Notes: generated from the sequence alone by a model not told the origin. DNA of 64,000 nt from Octopus sinensis (GCF_006345805.1 NC_042997.1:55800001-55864000), one strand, 5' to 3'. Shown: positions 26,764-40,870, numbered from the stretch's first letter. Translations and numbers: made by a program.

Positions 26764-27227
26764 CAATTGTACTAAATTTTCGCTGATTTTGTAAAAATAC
26801 AATGATACTAAATTAAAGTGAATTGATTTGTGTGTGTGTGTTTCTTCTGTCAAAGAAGAGTGCAGAGTTCATAGCATTTAGATGTTTCCCCATAATGGTG
26901 AAACTGATACGTACTTGAAAATCTGTTAACTGATGCCTATAGTTGAAGTATAGACAAGACAAAGGTTGCTGAGAGTTTAAGATAAAATATTGTTTAGTGT
27001 TAATACGCCCTAAAAATGATGGGAGAAATGAAGTGGTTACCTGTAGTGCACTGACTCAAAAATGCTAGTTCAGAAGAAAAATGCATCTCACTAACTGCAG
27101 GAAAGACAAAAAGAGGAAATAGTGTGTGTGGCTTTAGTAGTTGTAGCAAGTAGATGAGTGAAGTTTTACTAATCACTTAAAATAGCAATTTTTACTTGCT
27201 GTCTGAAATGTTCTTCTGTATAACAAT

Positions 27228-27261
<34 letters not shown>

Positions 27262-27693
27262 CTATGTGTAACTGACGTGAGTCTCTCTTCTACCTAAAAG
27301 ATGGTCAGCAACTGATCATTGCTGAAGTATTTAGTATGCATAGAAATGCTAGAATTAACAGAATAAACTGGTATCTGTTTTAATGGCATAGAGGAATGAA
27401 AAATTTAAGCTGGGTTTGAACTCAGATGGTAAAAATAAAACTCAGTACTATTAGCAATTCAGCTCTGTGCCTTGTTATACTACTGTCTTAAAATAGCAAA
27501 ATACGGTGCTGGCAATTGGTAATGGTGTGTATGAGGTGGAGAAGAGAATATAGAAGAACTCGATGTGGGATTTATTAAGTATATAGAAACGAAATTCTGA
27601 AGTTCTCATACAAATCTTATTAAGAGAGTTGAAAGAAAAGTGTGGCATGTAACATACTGAATTACACCCAAACCACCAATAAAATATTTATAC

Positions 27694-27799
27694 CTCCATG
27701 CCCGTCATAAACTGTCAAGACAACTATGTCAGCTTCTACGTGAATATCTACCAAACACTTGTGTCCATCCTCCCGAGTTTTTCTCCAACCTTACATCAT
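27694..27799 (-). pseudogene. PP2C/PPM-family phosphatase exon remnant with in-frame stop
   Basis: Minus strand MM*GWRKTREDGHKCLVDIHVEADIVVLTVYDGHG(G) matches MQGWR..MEDAH...VYDGHGG. TAA at 27791-27793 replaces the conserved Q. Similarity ends at G|gtataa. Confidence 0.65.
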
Positions 27800-28343
27800 A
27801 AAATTCTTCCTAGCGATTTGTGAGATAGATAAATACTTATGCTCATTGTGAGTTTAGAATTGTAGTGCCAATGCAAATAAATAATGATGCTATATGGCTT
27901 CGATAATGTACATAGGTAGATTCTGTTTCAGGGTCCAAATAAATTGAAGCAGCTTCAAATACATTTCTGATAATGTATTTCTACTTATACAAAACATTGT
28001 ATTAGAAGAACTTAGTATGAAGTGATTAGGTCTGATCAAGAAATGTTCCACTTCACTGGTGAGATAATGCAGTCTCGAGACAAATGGAGAGATGCTGTGC
28101 TGCGCTGCCGAACGTTCTAACTGGTGACTACTACTGAAACATGAATACTGAAATTATGCAGAAAATCAGTTCCTAATTTAACTACCTAAGTAACCCAATC
28201 AGCTTTATTTTGTATAAAATAGCCTAAACAGATATTTTGTGGTATGAAGTCTTGGCATTATGTATCTGTGATATTCTCTTGTCTTGTTGATTTGGCTAAG
28301 ATCAACCTAAACCTGTCTTTTATTCAAAGAGTATCTACGACTC

Positions 28344-28577
28344 CTATTTCTTTACTACCCACAAGGGGCTAAACACAGAGAGGACAAACAAGGACAGACA
28401 AAGGGATTAAGTCGATTACATCAACCCCAGTGCGTAACTGGTACTTAATTTATCGACACCGAAAGGATGAAAGGCAAAGTCGACCTCGGCGGAATTTGAA
28501 CTCAGAACGTAACAGCAGACGAAATACGGCTACGCATTTCGCCTGGCGTGCTAACGTTTCTGCCAGCTCGCCGCCTT
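28344..28577 (-). mobile_element. Full-length family-A SINE monomer
   Basis: Complete head, B-box, core and gtgggtagtaaagaaatag tail. Confidence 0.92.
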
Positions 28578-29788
28578 CATCATCCAATATATCAATTTTT
28601 TAAGACGTTTAGGATCTGATGGAGATGTACTTGTCATTTCAAGCGGATTGAGCAGCATTGTATACACTTTTATTTATTCGTTTTTCGTTACTTTGACTTT
28701 TCTACTCTTATGCAAGCTTCCATTATATCCTAAAACAACAAAGTTATATCCACTTAGATGAGATATTCTGACTAATTAAAAAGTAATCTTATTTCTAGAT
28801 TCTTTACACTGATTTACTAACGTTTACAACTTTGTTAAAGCGAAATTCCTAATATAGACTACAAATAAATTTTGTTATTTCTATATGTTTTACTCCGAAT
28901 GTTGATTAATAGCTACAAGCTATACTGACAACAATTGTTAGGTGCATATCTGGAACTATAAGGGTTAATTAGCAGTAGGTTCTATAAATATAGCATGTAT
29001 GTTTTGTTTTTTTGTCTTGCTTTTTTGCTTTCATAGGGCGTCAGGTTGGCCGAATCATTAGAGACGGAAAAATTACTTTGCTGAGGTCAACTCTGCTTGG
29101 AAGTAACAGTAAACAATATGAATAAAGTCTTCTTATAACTAGGACAGCAAGAAAAAATAAATACAAATTTGCAATACTTTTTGTGTATTCATTTAAAAAT
29201 ACTGTTATAATACTCCATTAGAAATATAGCAAATTCACTAGAGGAAGAAAACCTCTGTTGTGACCCTACCCATAGCGCTCTAAGCAAGTGTTATATTGTT
29301 AAATGGTTAATCCGGGGCTGAAAATTTATATATAGAAATACAAAAACACACTCACATTCACATGTGTGTGTGTTTGTGGAGGGCGTGTGTGTGAGTTTGT
29401 GTAGGTGTGCGTATGTGGAGGGCGCGTGTGCCTGTACATACACACATATGTACGAGTTACATACGTATTTTTTATGTTTGAAAATTTGTGAATATAATTT
29501 TCATATATGCAGATTTATGTTCGCTTATATTTACGTGCCTATATAGCCAAATATTATATGTGTGTGTGTGTGTTTATACATTTCATATATATGCATATAT
29601 ATATACATATAGCCACACATACACACATATATATGTATATATATACATATATATATATGCATATATATACATACACACACACACACATATATATGCACAA
29701 ATATATGCATAAATACATATATTTGTCTATGTATATATGTATATATTATAATGGAATAATTACAATGAAGCATTGTGTAGAATATATA

Positions 29789-30049
29789 GTATAAATGATT
29801 GTGGGTAAGGCAAAAACAATGCGAAGTAAATGCAAGGTAAATCACAAGAAAACAAAGATATGAATTAATGTAGACTTACCGTGTATTCAATATTTCGGGG
29901 TTATGACCCCTTAACCCCATTTTTCAAGGGGTCATAACCCCGAAATATTGAATACAAGGTAAGTTTACATTAATTCACATATTTGTTTTCTTGTGATTTA
30001 CCTTGCATTTACTTCGGATTGTTTTTGCCTTACCCACGATCCTTTATAC
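29789..30049. repeat. Long inverted repeat (124-bp arms, 13-nt loop), probably Penelope terminal-repeat derived
   Basis: 29789-29912 is the reverse complement of 29926-30049 with few mismatches. Lies 3' of the minus-strand PLE. Confidence 0.9.
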
Positions 30050-30429
30050 AGTGTATATACATACATACACACATATATGACAAAAGAAGGGAAATGCACA
30101 CAATTTATATATTTTTAATATATTCCGAAGGATAGAATATTATGATAGTCTACCGGTGTCACGTTTCACTAATCATGACGTTGAAATTGGTGAAAATGTT
30201 GCAATTTCGTATTATCTTAAGGAGTTTCTAGTCCAGGTTGCTTGTATGAGAATTTGTTTTGAAATGAACTAGCATGTAGAAAAATCTAAGAGGACGTAAT
30301 TGGGGATTGTTATCGCTTGAAACATGGGAGATAACTGCACTTTTTGTGGTAGGGTGCACTTTTGGGGATGGTAAATTTATAGTATCTATATTACGAAGCT
30401 ATCAGCTCATGAGTTAAGGTAGTGAAATA

Positions 30430-32250
30430 AAATATGTGCAAAGTTGGTTATGCGTTCATGAATTAAAATATTTACAAAATCCGAAATGTGTTATGCGTTC
30501 ATATTCAGGTTCGGTTTGTATTTTCCAATAAATATATTTTCTTTTCTTAATGGTTCTTGTATAGAGATTGCTTCTTTGCACTGGTAGATGGAAACAACCG
30601 TGAAGTTTGGCTGGAGATTTCCTACACATCAAGGTGTTTGCTCAATGTTATCTGTCTATACCATAGAAAACGGATCTCTTCCTTATACAGTGTAGTTTTC
30701 CGTCTAAATGACATCCTTGTTTGGCTTATATAGATGTGCCCATAACCTGAAAAATTAACTCATTAATAAAATTTTCGGATGCACAAGTGAAATTAGTTTT
30801 AATTGTGAATCTCCGACCTTGTTTGAAGTGGAATTCTGAACCTTCCAACAGGTTGGAGTATGTTCCACCATTTGAAGGTACGCTTTTTTTAATTATTGGT
30901 TTTGTTGTTGTTGGGTATAGCTTCGTATTTGTCAGTATTCTCTTTAGTGATTTCGGTTGTTTCTTTTTTTGACATTTGATGAATTCGTGTGCTTGTAGAA
31001 TGTGGTTCATCTTTGGATCCCTTCTTTGGGAGATTTTGAATAATGGTGTTGTATACCTCATTTTTTCTAGAGTTGTGTATCGATATATAGTGCAGTATTT
31101 TCGATGAGTTTGGGGGCTTCGTTTGGTTTCTTTTAGTGCTTTGATATCTAATTCCTTGGCACGTTCAGTCTCATCATCTGTTTCTCGGCTAGTGTGATTC
31201 CGAAGTTTTGAAGTCGAAGGTCCTGAGCATTTGCATCAGACACTATTGTGCAAATCCTTTCCACTAAATTAAAAGGAATATTTCTTTTGATGTGTTTCGG
31301 ATGGCATGAACTAAACAGAAGATATTAATTCGAGTTCGTTGGTTTATAATACATATCAGTTTCAATTTGATTGATGACTTATTTTTATCAGAATATCAAG
31401 GAAGGGGAGTTGCTCTTCGCTGTACTCCACTGTAAACTGAATATTCGGATTTATACTATTTAGTAGTGATTTATATACAAAAAGTTTATCAATGCTCTTA
31501 TTCCAAATGATAAAGCTGTCATCCAGATATCTTTTCCAGCTCTCTCTTATATAATGGTAGAATGGGTATCTATATTTTTGTAGGGATACTTCCTACATAG
31601 GTAACTCTATATATCCCATTAATAGATTTGCAAGAACTAGTCGGTAGTGGATGTTCTCAAACTGAAAGTAATTGTTCTGAAGGATAAATCTTAAAGCGTC
31701 GATAATACCTGTTTCATGCGCTCTGGAAGTTCTTCGGAATACTTTTCCAGCCAGAATTTCCCTGCTTTTGTTCATTAGTTGTGTGGGATATCGGTGTATA
31801 GATTCACAACATGCTTTTGGTTGGTAGCTTAGCATATCTAGATCGTCTCTAAAGAATTTTTTGATATATTTCAAAATGAGGTTCAGTAGGATATCTAAAA
31901 AGTTGCTTAGGCGGTGGGTCTCATAACGCTGGGCCAGCTGTAATGGGTCGTAACTTTAAATCTTCTGGTGCTTGGGTATTCATGTATATACCTGGTGATT
32001 GTCTGCAGGTTTCATTAATTATCTGACTCTTGTGTATTTTAGATAGGCCGTAGAAAAGACTAGGTTTGCATTTAAAATTTGTGATATAATCCATTTCTTT
32101 TTCGATCAGACCTTTTCCGTGTGAATGAATTAAGGATGCAAGATCTTTTATTGCTTTTTGTTGTTTATAGCTTTCAACTTTTTAGTCGAAGATATCGTTT
32201 TCTAACACGGACACTATATGTGTGGGGTGGGGAAGTATATCTGTTTATCT
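30430..32250 (-). mobile_element. Penelope-like element relic (RT plus GIY-YIG)
   Basis: Fragments FYGLSKIHKS, LRPITAGPA, FRDDLDML, ILQNNYFQF...ANLLMGYIE, QPKSLKRILT, FTIKTNFTCASEN and YIS(G)Q appear in the expected order. Confidence 0.85.
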
Positions 32251-32862
32251 TAGCGTGGAAAACTATCAACAACCGTAAAACTGCAATGTTCATTTGAGAA
32301 AGCGTCTCGTTTAGTCGTGTGGCGCTAAAAGACACGGAAGTGTATCATGGCAGACCAAAAGATCCCAGCACCAGTGATGGACTTATCAAATCAGGATTTC
32401 TGTCGTTCTGCACGCCATCAGTACCAAGTATCCACTATCAGCAGCTTAGACAAGTTTCACTATAAAGTACGATATAAAAAATGTAATTCTAAAACAATAT
32501 TTCTGCGTAAATAATTTCCCACTAGTGATTTTAAAGATTTTTTTTTTTTTGGTTTTTTATTCTATATCAGAAGTAAATTTGTCTAAGCATACAGTTGTTA
32601 TTGATGATGTGCAAAGACCTAGAAGTTCTGATCTAGCAACTCCACCACCGCTGCTGAGCGCTTTTTATCTACAACTGATACACTTCTGTGCTTTTTATCA
32701 CTATACGTCTATACGAGAAGTTTTCTCGAAACGAAACTAATGTGTTATGGCTTTCAATAATATATCCACCTCAAGTAACATATATAAAATGGCATTTTCA
32801 AAGAATACTGCTTCTGTCGCTAATAGCGAATGTGTGTTTGTGTGTGAGTATGTATATGTATG

Positions 32863-32896
<34 letters not shown>

Positions 32897-32989
32897 TGTA
32901 TGTATGTAGTATGTATGTATGTATGTATGTAAGTGTGTGTATATGTATGTATTTATGTATGTAAGTATGTTTTTATGTATGTTTGTATG

Positions 32990-33085
<96 letters not shown>

Positions 33086-33104
33086 TAGATACATATATTT
33101 TATA

Positions 33105-33589
<485 letters not shown>

Positions 33590-33713
33590 TTTTATTCACC
33601 TTATTTTGAAATTGTACGGTTAATACGGTATTCATTTTTACTGCTTCAACTTAAGTACCTAATTCATCTGAATTATATACATACATACATACATACATAC
33701 ATACATACATACA

Positions 33714-33744
<31 letters not shown>

Positions 33745-33914
33745 TATCTGTCCGAACGTATTAATGCCCTCTATTCCGTTTTTGTTCCATTTATATATTG
33801 GATATTAAAGTAGTTTGTCTGTTATCCAAGGAATGTGCTGTGTACAAAACCGTTGCAGAAAGTCTAACGTAATTTACAAATGCACCATCCTCAATACGCT
33901 ACATAATTCTACAA

Positions 33915-33975
<61 letters not shown>

Positions 33976-34039
33976 CAACCATAAACTTTAAACATACATA
34001 CTCTGCACATCTCAATTCTTTTAGATATGAGAAAGGCAG

Positions 34040-34285
34040 TAAATTCACAATCCCCACCGGTCACATACATCATCTTGAAAATAGGAATATTCTATAACTT
34101 ATCATGGTCCATAATAGACTCATGGCTTCCATACCAGGGCTAACACTCAGCCTGCAAGCTATGCTTGAAAGAGGTATTCCATATATTAAAATATAGTTCT
34201 TCACTATTACTTAATAAGTATAATGAGGTACATGCAACCACCACTTTTTTATACCTTCAAATTTTACCACAGATCTAACTGCAAC

Positions 34286-34372
<87 letters not shown>

Positions 34373-34640
34373 CGATGGAACCTCGTTCAACATACCAGAA
34401 AGACATAACGCCACAACCTTAGCCAAGCACATGTGGGCTTTGAAAGAAAGCGCTACGGAGTACAGCATAAAGTAGTTCCTCGAAAAATGCAAACCATGTT
34501 TCAGTAGCAGCAGAAAGTGCAGATTATGCCTGGCTGAAAAGAGAGGAATCTTAAAAGGTATCCAACGCCCGGATGTCAACCTGAATAGCAAGAGTGAGGT
34601 GTTTAATCCTTGCCCGCACTTTATCCTTTACAGAGAGAAA
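34040..34640 (+). mobile_element. Penelope-like GIY-YIG C-terminal fragments (two)
   Basis: LSWSIIDS...CKLCLKE (~34090-34180) and TTLAKHMWALKE...YSIK*FLEKCKP...KCRLCLAEK...LNSKSEVFNPCPH (~34400-34620). Confidence 0.8.
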
Positions 34641-34936
34641 ACAGACCAACAAACCCAGCCATATATACCTACACACCCAAAAAACATTATGTATATGACA
34701 CCACTACACATATCACACACCCGACCCCACAGGAACACCACATTAATAATACAAGACTTTTCCACTTCAAGATAACTCTTGCCGGCTTCACACCATATCC
34801 AACCGAGGGGCATAACTCCTAACCTAATCACCTGGTTCCTTTTTCATTTTGCCAACTTTTTCCACAGCAGCAGCTGACCGGTTGTGCAAATCCACCTCCG
34901 ATAATTGAGAGCAGTCTCCACATTCCCTTCAATATC

Positions 34937-35028
34937 GACTAACTCTGATGAGCGTAAAGTTATATAATCGAATTGTTACCAAAGACCCCATTGTATTCTT
35001 TACGTGAAACCGATTGGTAAGATCAGTC
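34937..35028 (+). ncRNA. Type I hammerhead ribozyme motif downstream of the PLE fragment
   Basis: gactaact-CTGATGA-gcgtaaag...ctttacgt-GAAACC-gatt-GGTA-agatcagtc. 8-bp stem II, 3-bp stem III, GUA triplet, imperfect stem I, predicted cut 3' of 35019. Confidence 0.8.
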
Positions 35029-35089
35029 GTAATGAATATTTATTACTATACTTTTCGGATAAATATACATACATACATACATACATACA

Positions 35090-35124
<35 letters not shown>

Positions 35125-35139
35125 GTATGTATGTGTGTG

Positions 35140-35335
35140 TGTCTCACCGCCTCATGACAATTGATATCGGTTTGTTTACGTCCCCGTAAGTCAGCGGTTC
35201 GACAATAAGATACAGATAGTATAAGTACCAGGCTTTAAAAAATAAGTACTGGGGTCGATTCATTCGAATAAAAGTTCTTTAAAGCAGTATCCCAGCACGG
35301 CCGCAGTCTAATGGCTGAAAAAGTTAAAAAATAAA
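35140..35335 (+). mobile_element. SINE family B (gactgaaaca/aaagtaaa tail)
   Basis: gtttacgtccccgtaa...ataagtacc...ggggtcgatt...ccagcacggccgcagtc. Related copies at ~42860-42980 (-), 53575-53745 (-), 54851-54997 (+) and ~57360-57420 (-). Confidence 0.8.
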
Positions 35336-35354
35336 AAAAAGATATATAAATATA

Positions 35355-35389
<35 letters not shown>

Positions 35390-35541
35390 TGTATGTATGT
35401 ATGTATGTATGTATGTATGTCATCGAGCAATACTTTAGTGGACGGAAACTGAAAAGAAGCCCTTCGTATATACATATATATATACGACGAAACCCGCTTT
35501 AATAAGCAGAGGCAAAATTTGAAATAATAATAATTATTATT

Positions 35542-35604
<63 letters not shown>

Positions 35605-36138
35605 GAGTGAGAGAACAGTGCATGCCATCAAAGTGACACTGGGGTAAAATATACTAAACCCAGTATACTCATCATGACTCCCCATCTGATAAGGGTACAC
35701 CAGCCACATGCATCACAACCATGTGTGCGACATGGTGATCTCATTTCAAGATAAACAGCGCATGACCTTGCAGGTTGGCCCCAGTTAGAATTTTCTTCGG
35801 GTTGGGTAGCTTATCCTGCTGAAAAGGTCACTGAATAAGGGTTGTTTAAGGATGTTGAACAAAACACCCATGTTTCCAAAGGTAAATTATCCAAACCCCG
35901 AAGAATTTCTCTCAATTCATGGCTATGATACTCCCCCAGTACTTCTGGTCGTGATCAGCCACTAAGGGAGATGCCGAACTGGTTACGGTCAAGCAACTGA
36001 CAAGCAAATCTGTGGTATGGAGCAGGATATTTGCTGTATCTCATATTCTATACCAAGACAAAACAATGTACATGATAACACTTCCAATCAGTTAAGATCA
36101 GAAGCCACGAGAACCACTGCCTGGTACTGAATCAGGGC
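35605..36138 (-). mobile_element. ~540-bp non-coding repeat embedded in (AAT)n-type tracts, copy 1
   Basis: Colinear with 46833-47387 along its length. No ORF. ATT/GTT repeats on both flanks. Confidence 0.85.
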
Positions 36139-36191
36139 GTTTATTATTACTATTATTATTATCATTATGATTATTGTTGTTGCTGTTGTTG

Positions 36192-36612
<421 letters not shown>

Positions 36613-36617
36613 TTATT

Positions 36618-36652
<35 letters not shown>

Positions 36653-37331
36653 CAACTACGAAATTCTCCCTACCAAATTCCACTCACGTGGTGCTAGTTG
36701 ATCTGGAGTTTCAATAGAATACAGTTACGCAAATTCCTGCACAGCAGGAATGAACCCTGAACCACGAGGATGTGAAGCATACTCTTTAACCACAACTCCA
36801 AATCTCTGAAATTTGAAGAGTTAAAAAGCTGCAAGCATGCTCGTAAATCATAACGTATTACTTCGCTTTTTCCACAAGATCGTTTCTCTTTACAGAAAAG
36901 AAGGCACAGTTATTCCCCAATCCAGTAATGAGCAACACTTTCAAGATGTAATGGAAATCAGTATCATTGTTCTGAACATCAGTAGTCTTCGACTTATGGT
37001 TGACGTTTAAAATCGTCTCAAAATATCTCTCAGAAGCTTTTTTTTTTTTTTTTTAGATATTTCTCTGCTGTAAGGAAGAGGAAAGTTTCGAAAATGGCTA
37101 TTACAGATAGAAGATTCTATATGTGTTGCTCACCTCATGAATCAGATGTTTCTTGTTGGTCCGCTTTGTCGCCGTGCACCCAAAATTCAATAATATATCT
37201 CACATTCATCTTTTGTAAGTCAATGATTTTTGTACGATCCTTTGTAGATGATACCACTCTTTACTTCTGCATCTTTCAAACACATACGCACAGGCGGTAT
37301 CCTCATTCATGATAGGCATAATTACGCAAAC

Positions 37332-37417
<86 letters not shown>

Positions 37418-37421
<4 letters not shown>

Positions 37422-37609
37422 GGCGATTTTTTTCCTCTGTTTTCCCTTCCTTGGATCTTTCGTTTTCCTATGTTTCTGACGAAGAGCTCCGCTCGAATGG
37501 TTAAGTCCACCTTCTTTCTTCCCTTTTTTGAGCATCCAATAACACTATACTTGTTCCACGTCCTCGCGTTGTTGTTTTCTCTTTGTGTTTTCATGCTTGG
37601 ATTAACTGA

Positions 37610-37648
<39 letters not shown>

Positions 37649-37834
37649 ACCGCGTGTGTACCGTTGGAGATTTTTTTCCTCTGTCTTCCCTTCTCTGGAT
37701 CTTTTCTTCTCCTATGTTTCCGACGAAGAGCTCCGCTCGAAACGTTAAACCCTCCTTCTTTCCTTATTCCAATAATACTATATTTGTTCCACGACCACGT
37801 GTTGTTGTGTTTTTTTGTGCTTTCTTGTTTGGAT

Positions 37835-37840
<6 letters not shown>
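37418..37840 (+). repeat. Two tandem ~190-bp copies (244-bp period) of a hammerhead-bearing short repeat
   Basis: Units at 37418 and 37661. Motifs tgtttCTGACGAagagc-tcc-gctcGAATgg (37471-37506) and tgtttCCGACGAagagc-tcc-gctcGAAACGTTaaac (37715-37750). Confidence 0.8.
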
Positions 37841-37880
<40 letters not shown>

Positions 37881-37938
37881 ATACATACATAGATATATAT
37901 ATACATATATATATGTATATCTATATATATATATATAA

Positions 37939-37972
<34 letters not shown>

Positions 37973-37977
37973 GTATC

Positions 37978-38025
<48 letters not shown>

Positions 38026-38059
38026 ATGTATCTCTTCCTCTCTATCTCTTTTACAGAGA

Positions 38060-38850
38060 TCTCGACAACATACTCCAATGTTAACATAACAATTTAGCCC
38101 CATTCATCATCGCGAATACAAAACTGTTACAGATACCAAAGGAACGATCTGCCACTACATCCTCTTACTCCTGAACATCACTCTTGAAATCTCTACAACT
38201 TCCCAAAACGGAACAAACTGTGGTGCATATCTCATCGAGTCTGCACCTCTATAACGTCACCAGTATTGTAAAACAAAGTATGTTTTGTACCATTTTAGGA
38301 AGAGTAAATATTTAAGTTTTCTCCAGATAATGATCTTTGATAAAACTCAAACTTCTACCCACATTGGAATATTACTTTCATGTCTAAACCTTAGCAGCTG
38401 TTACAGACAAGCACATCAAAGTAGATCACTTTTAAAAAACTGACTGAGTGGTACTTACCATTACACTACAAGAACTGGCTCGTAGATGCGTTCATATGCT
38501 CTCTACTGTTTCTCCTACAGCTACAACCATTTCTGCTTCTTTGAACTAGAAAGCAGCGAACCTTTTGCACCTTGGCCCACATGAGGAATCTAGACCTCCC
38601 CCACTTGCCTCCTTTTCTAGTCAACTCTACTGCATTTCACCCACCTAACCCCGGTCTAAAACAACCTCGCTCACATGTTGTATCCCCCTAACTACGGCCC
38701 TCTGAAATTCCGTCCATTCCCAAGATTTTCCCACTGGCATCGAACTACAGAAGTTCAAGCTAAATATCAAACACATCGATCTCCTCAGTCTGGGAGGAAC
38801 TGCAAAGGTCATGCTGTTGCACGTCCCTCTCCGACGAAATATTTGTTTAA
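38060..38850 (+). mobile_element. CR1/Jockey-group LINE 3' relic
   Basis: Ends PKIFPTGIELQKFKLNIKHIDL, resembling LWN.LP..FP...LQ.FK..IN..DL. Many stops. Confidence 0.55.
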
Positions 38851-38936
38851 TGTGCTTGTATCTAGTCGCTTGTGTGTATATATATCTGTGGATATATGTA
38901 TGGATACACACACACACACATAAACATAGTCGTCAA

Positions 38937-39014
<78 letters not shown>

Positions 39015-39349
39015 TATATATATATATATGTATGTATGTATGTTCATGTTTATATATATGTGTGTATGTGTATATGTGTGTATGCGTGCGTATGTGTGTG
39101 TGGCTGTATGTACATACATATATATATATATACATACACACACACATATACACGCACTGTATATAGATCTTTATACACATTAGTAAATATAATTGTATAT
39201 ATATACATAGTGTGTATATACGTGTAATGTTTTAAGAGAATTTATTTCTACTGTTGTTGTTGTTTTTGCGATTTTTGTTGTTGCAGATGCTGATTTTATA
39301 TTTTACTTTTTTTCTTTTATTACTTTTTTTTTGTCTGTTCAGTTGCCCC

Positions 39350-40870
39350 AATCTGAGCTGCTTGCGTAGATCTGTCTACGGAATATGTGGTAATTCGCCA
39401 AGCAGACATGTTTTTAAGGGGACATAAAAGAAAGAAACAGTGATCGTATACAGAGTAAGCTTACCCAAACTGATGACATCGATACGGCTGGTATTCAGTT
39501 TCAATGTTTGTATGCTGATGTCTACAATAAAAAATAGGTAGGGTTGGAATTCCAGAAGGTTGCATTTCTGAGAAAAAGATGGAACAAAGTGTTTAGTTCT
39601 GGTACAGTGGCTGGCAGGTGAGAAAAACATAACTGTGATGGGTGGAGGTGAGATGTGTGTGTATGATAAATGGGGGCTCAGAGAGGTAAGAGGATGCTGT
39701 AACATCGGTAGTTAAGAAACCTTCTTTATTCAGTTCATTATATAATGGAATCATGTGATTAAGCCATTGTCTGTATAATATGTGGGCTTTATAATGTTGG
39801 TGATTTTGCCGACCAATCAATCAGATAATCTTCTTTTGGGTGTTTTCTTCAGTGTACTTGCATCATGTATGTGTGTGTGTGTGTGTGTGTGTATGTGTGT
39901 TTAGCAATAGGATTATCTTAGCTCTGAGTATAGTACCCTATTTTGAGTTACATTTGCTGTTTTAGATAGTCATCAACCGATCAAATTTTAAATATTTTCA
40001 TAGACATTTACAAGCTTTTTATAACAGCAGCACTGTTTCAAATATATGATGAATACTGCATTTATAAGTCACATTTGAATTTTATAAAAGATTCACCGAC
40101 TCGTCCAACCAGATCATCAGATTTCAGATATTTTCTGGGACCGAAGAAGATTGTAATATCTATCATATTTAGCGACATTGAATGTTTCAATTTTTTGTTG
40201 TTTATGAATAGGGTGATCTCCCAGACATTATTTGATGTCTGCAGTGATTGTCTTTGTACTGTTTAAAGTGACTTAGTTATTAACCCCATTCAAGGATGTT
40301 GTCAAGGGTTTGTTCATGGAGGCAACTTCTGTCTCGTGTGAGGAGTTTAGTTTGTTTGTTTTCATGTCAACTCTACTCAGGCAGATCAAAGTCATTCTAA
40401 TCCTGACCATTCTATCTTTTATGTATGTACATCGAAACTAAGGCAGCCTTATGATAGGATTTGATTTTGTGGGGATTTAGTAGTTGTTATTTCTAGCTGG
40501 TCGAGGAATCACATAAAGTCGCCTTCGTTGGCTCAAGATATCTCGCTTGCCAGTGGATGTCGCCTTTGTACTGAGGGTTACGAAGGAGGGGAAAATAACA
40601 TCATCTGCGTTGAACAGTGAGTCGCTAAGAAGTGATAGAATGCACATAAGAAAGATGTGACATACTTTAGAGCATGTCAGTGTTGTGAGAGTACGGGTTG
40701 GTGAGGCCCCCGTCAGCAGGTAGTCTAATAGTTTCCACTGACAGGAAGGTGATTAATGACAGATGAGCAGCATTCGGGAATAACTTGCTCATGATGTTCT
40801 CATGTTGAACACAGTCGAAGTTCTCGAAGGTCAGAGACAAAAGATATTATCCGAGGATTTAGGCTATAAA
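39350..40870 (-). mobile_element. CR1/Jockey-group LINE relic in two pieces (40560-40870 RT; 39350-39830 3' end)
   Basis: FDCVQHENIMSKL...ADD-like segment, and HP...RTKHFVPSF...QTLKLNTSRID. Confidence 0.55.
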
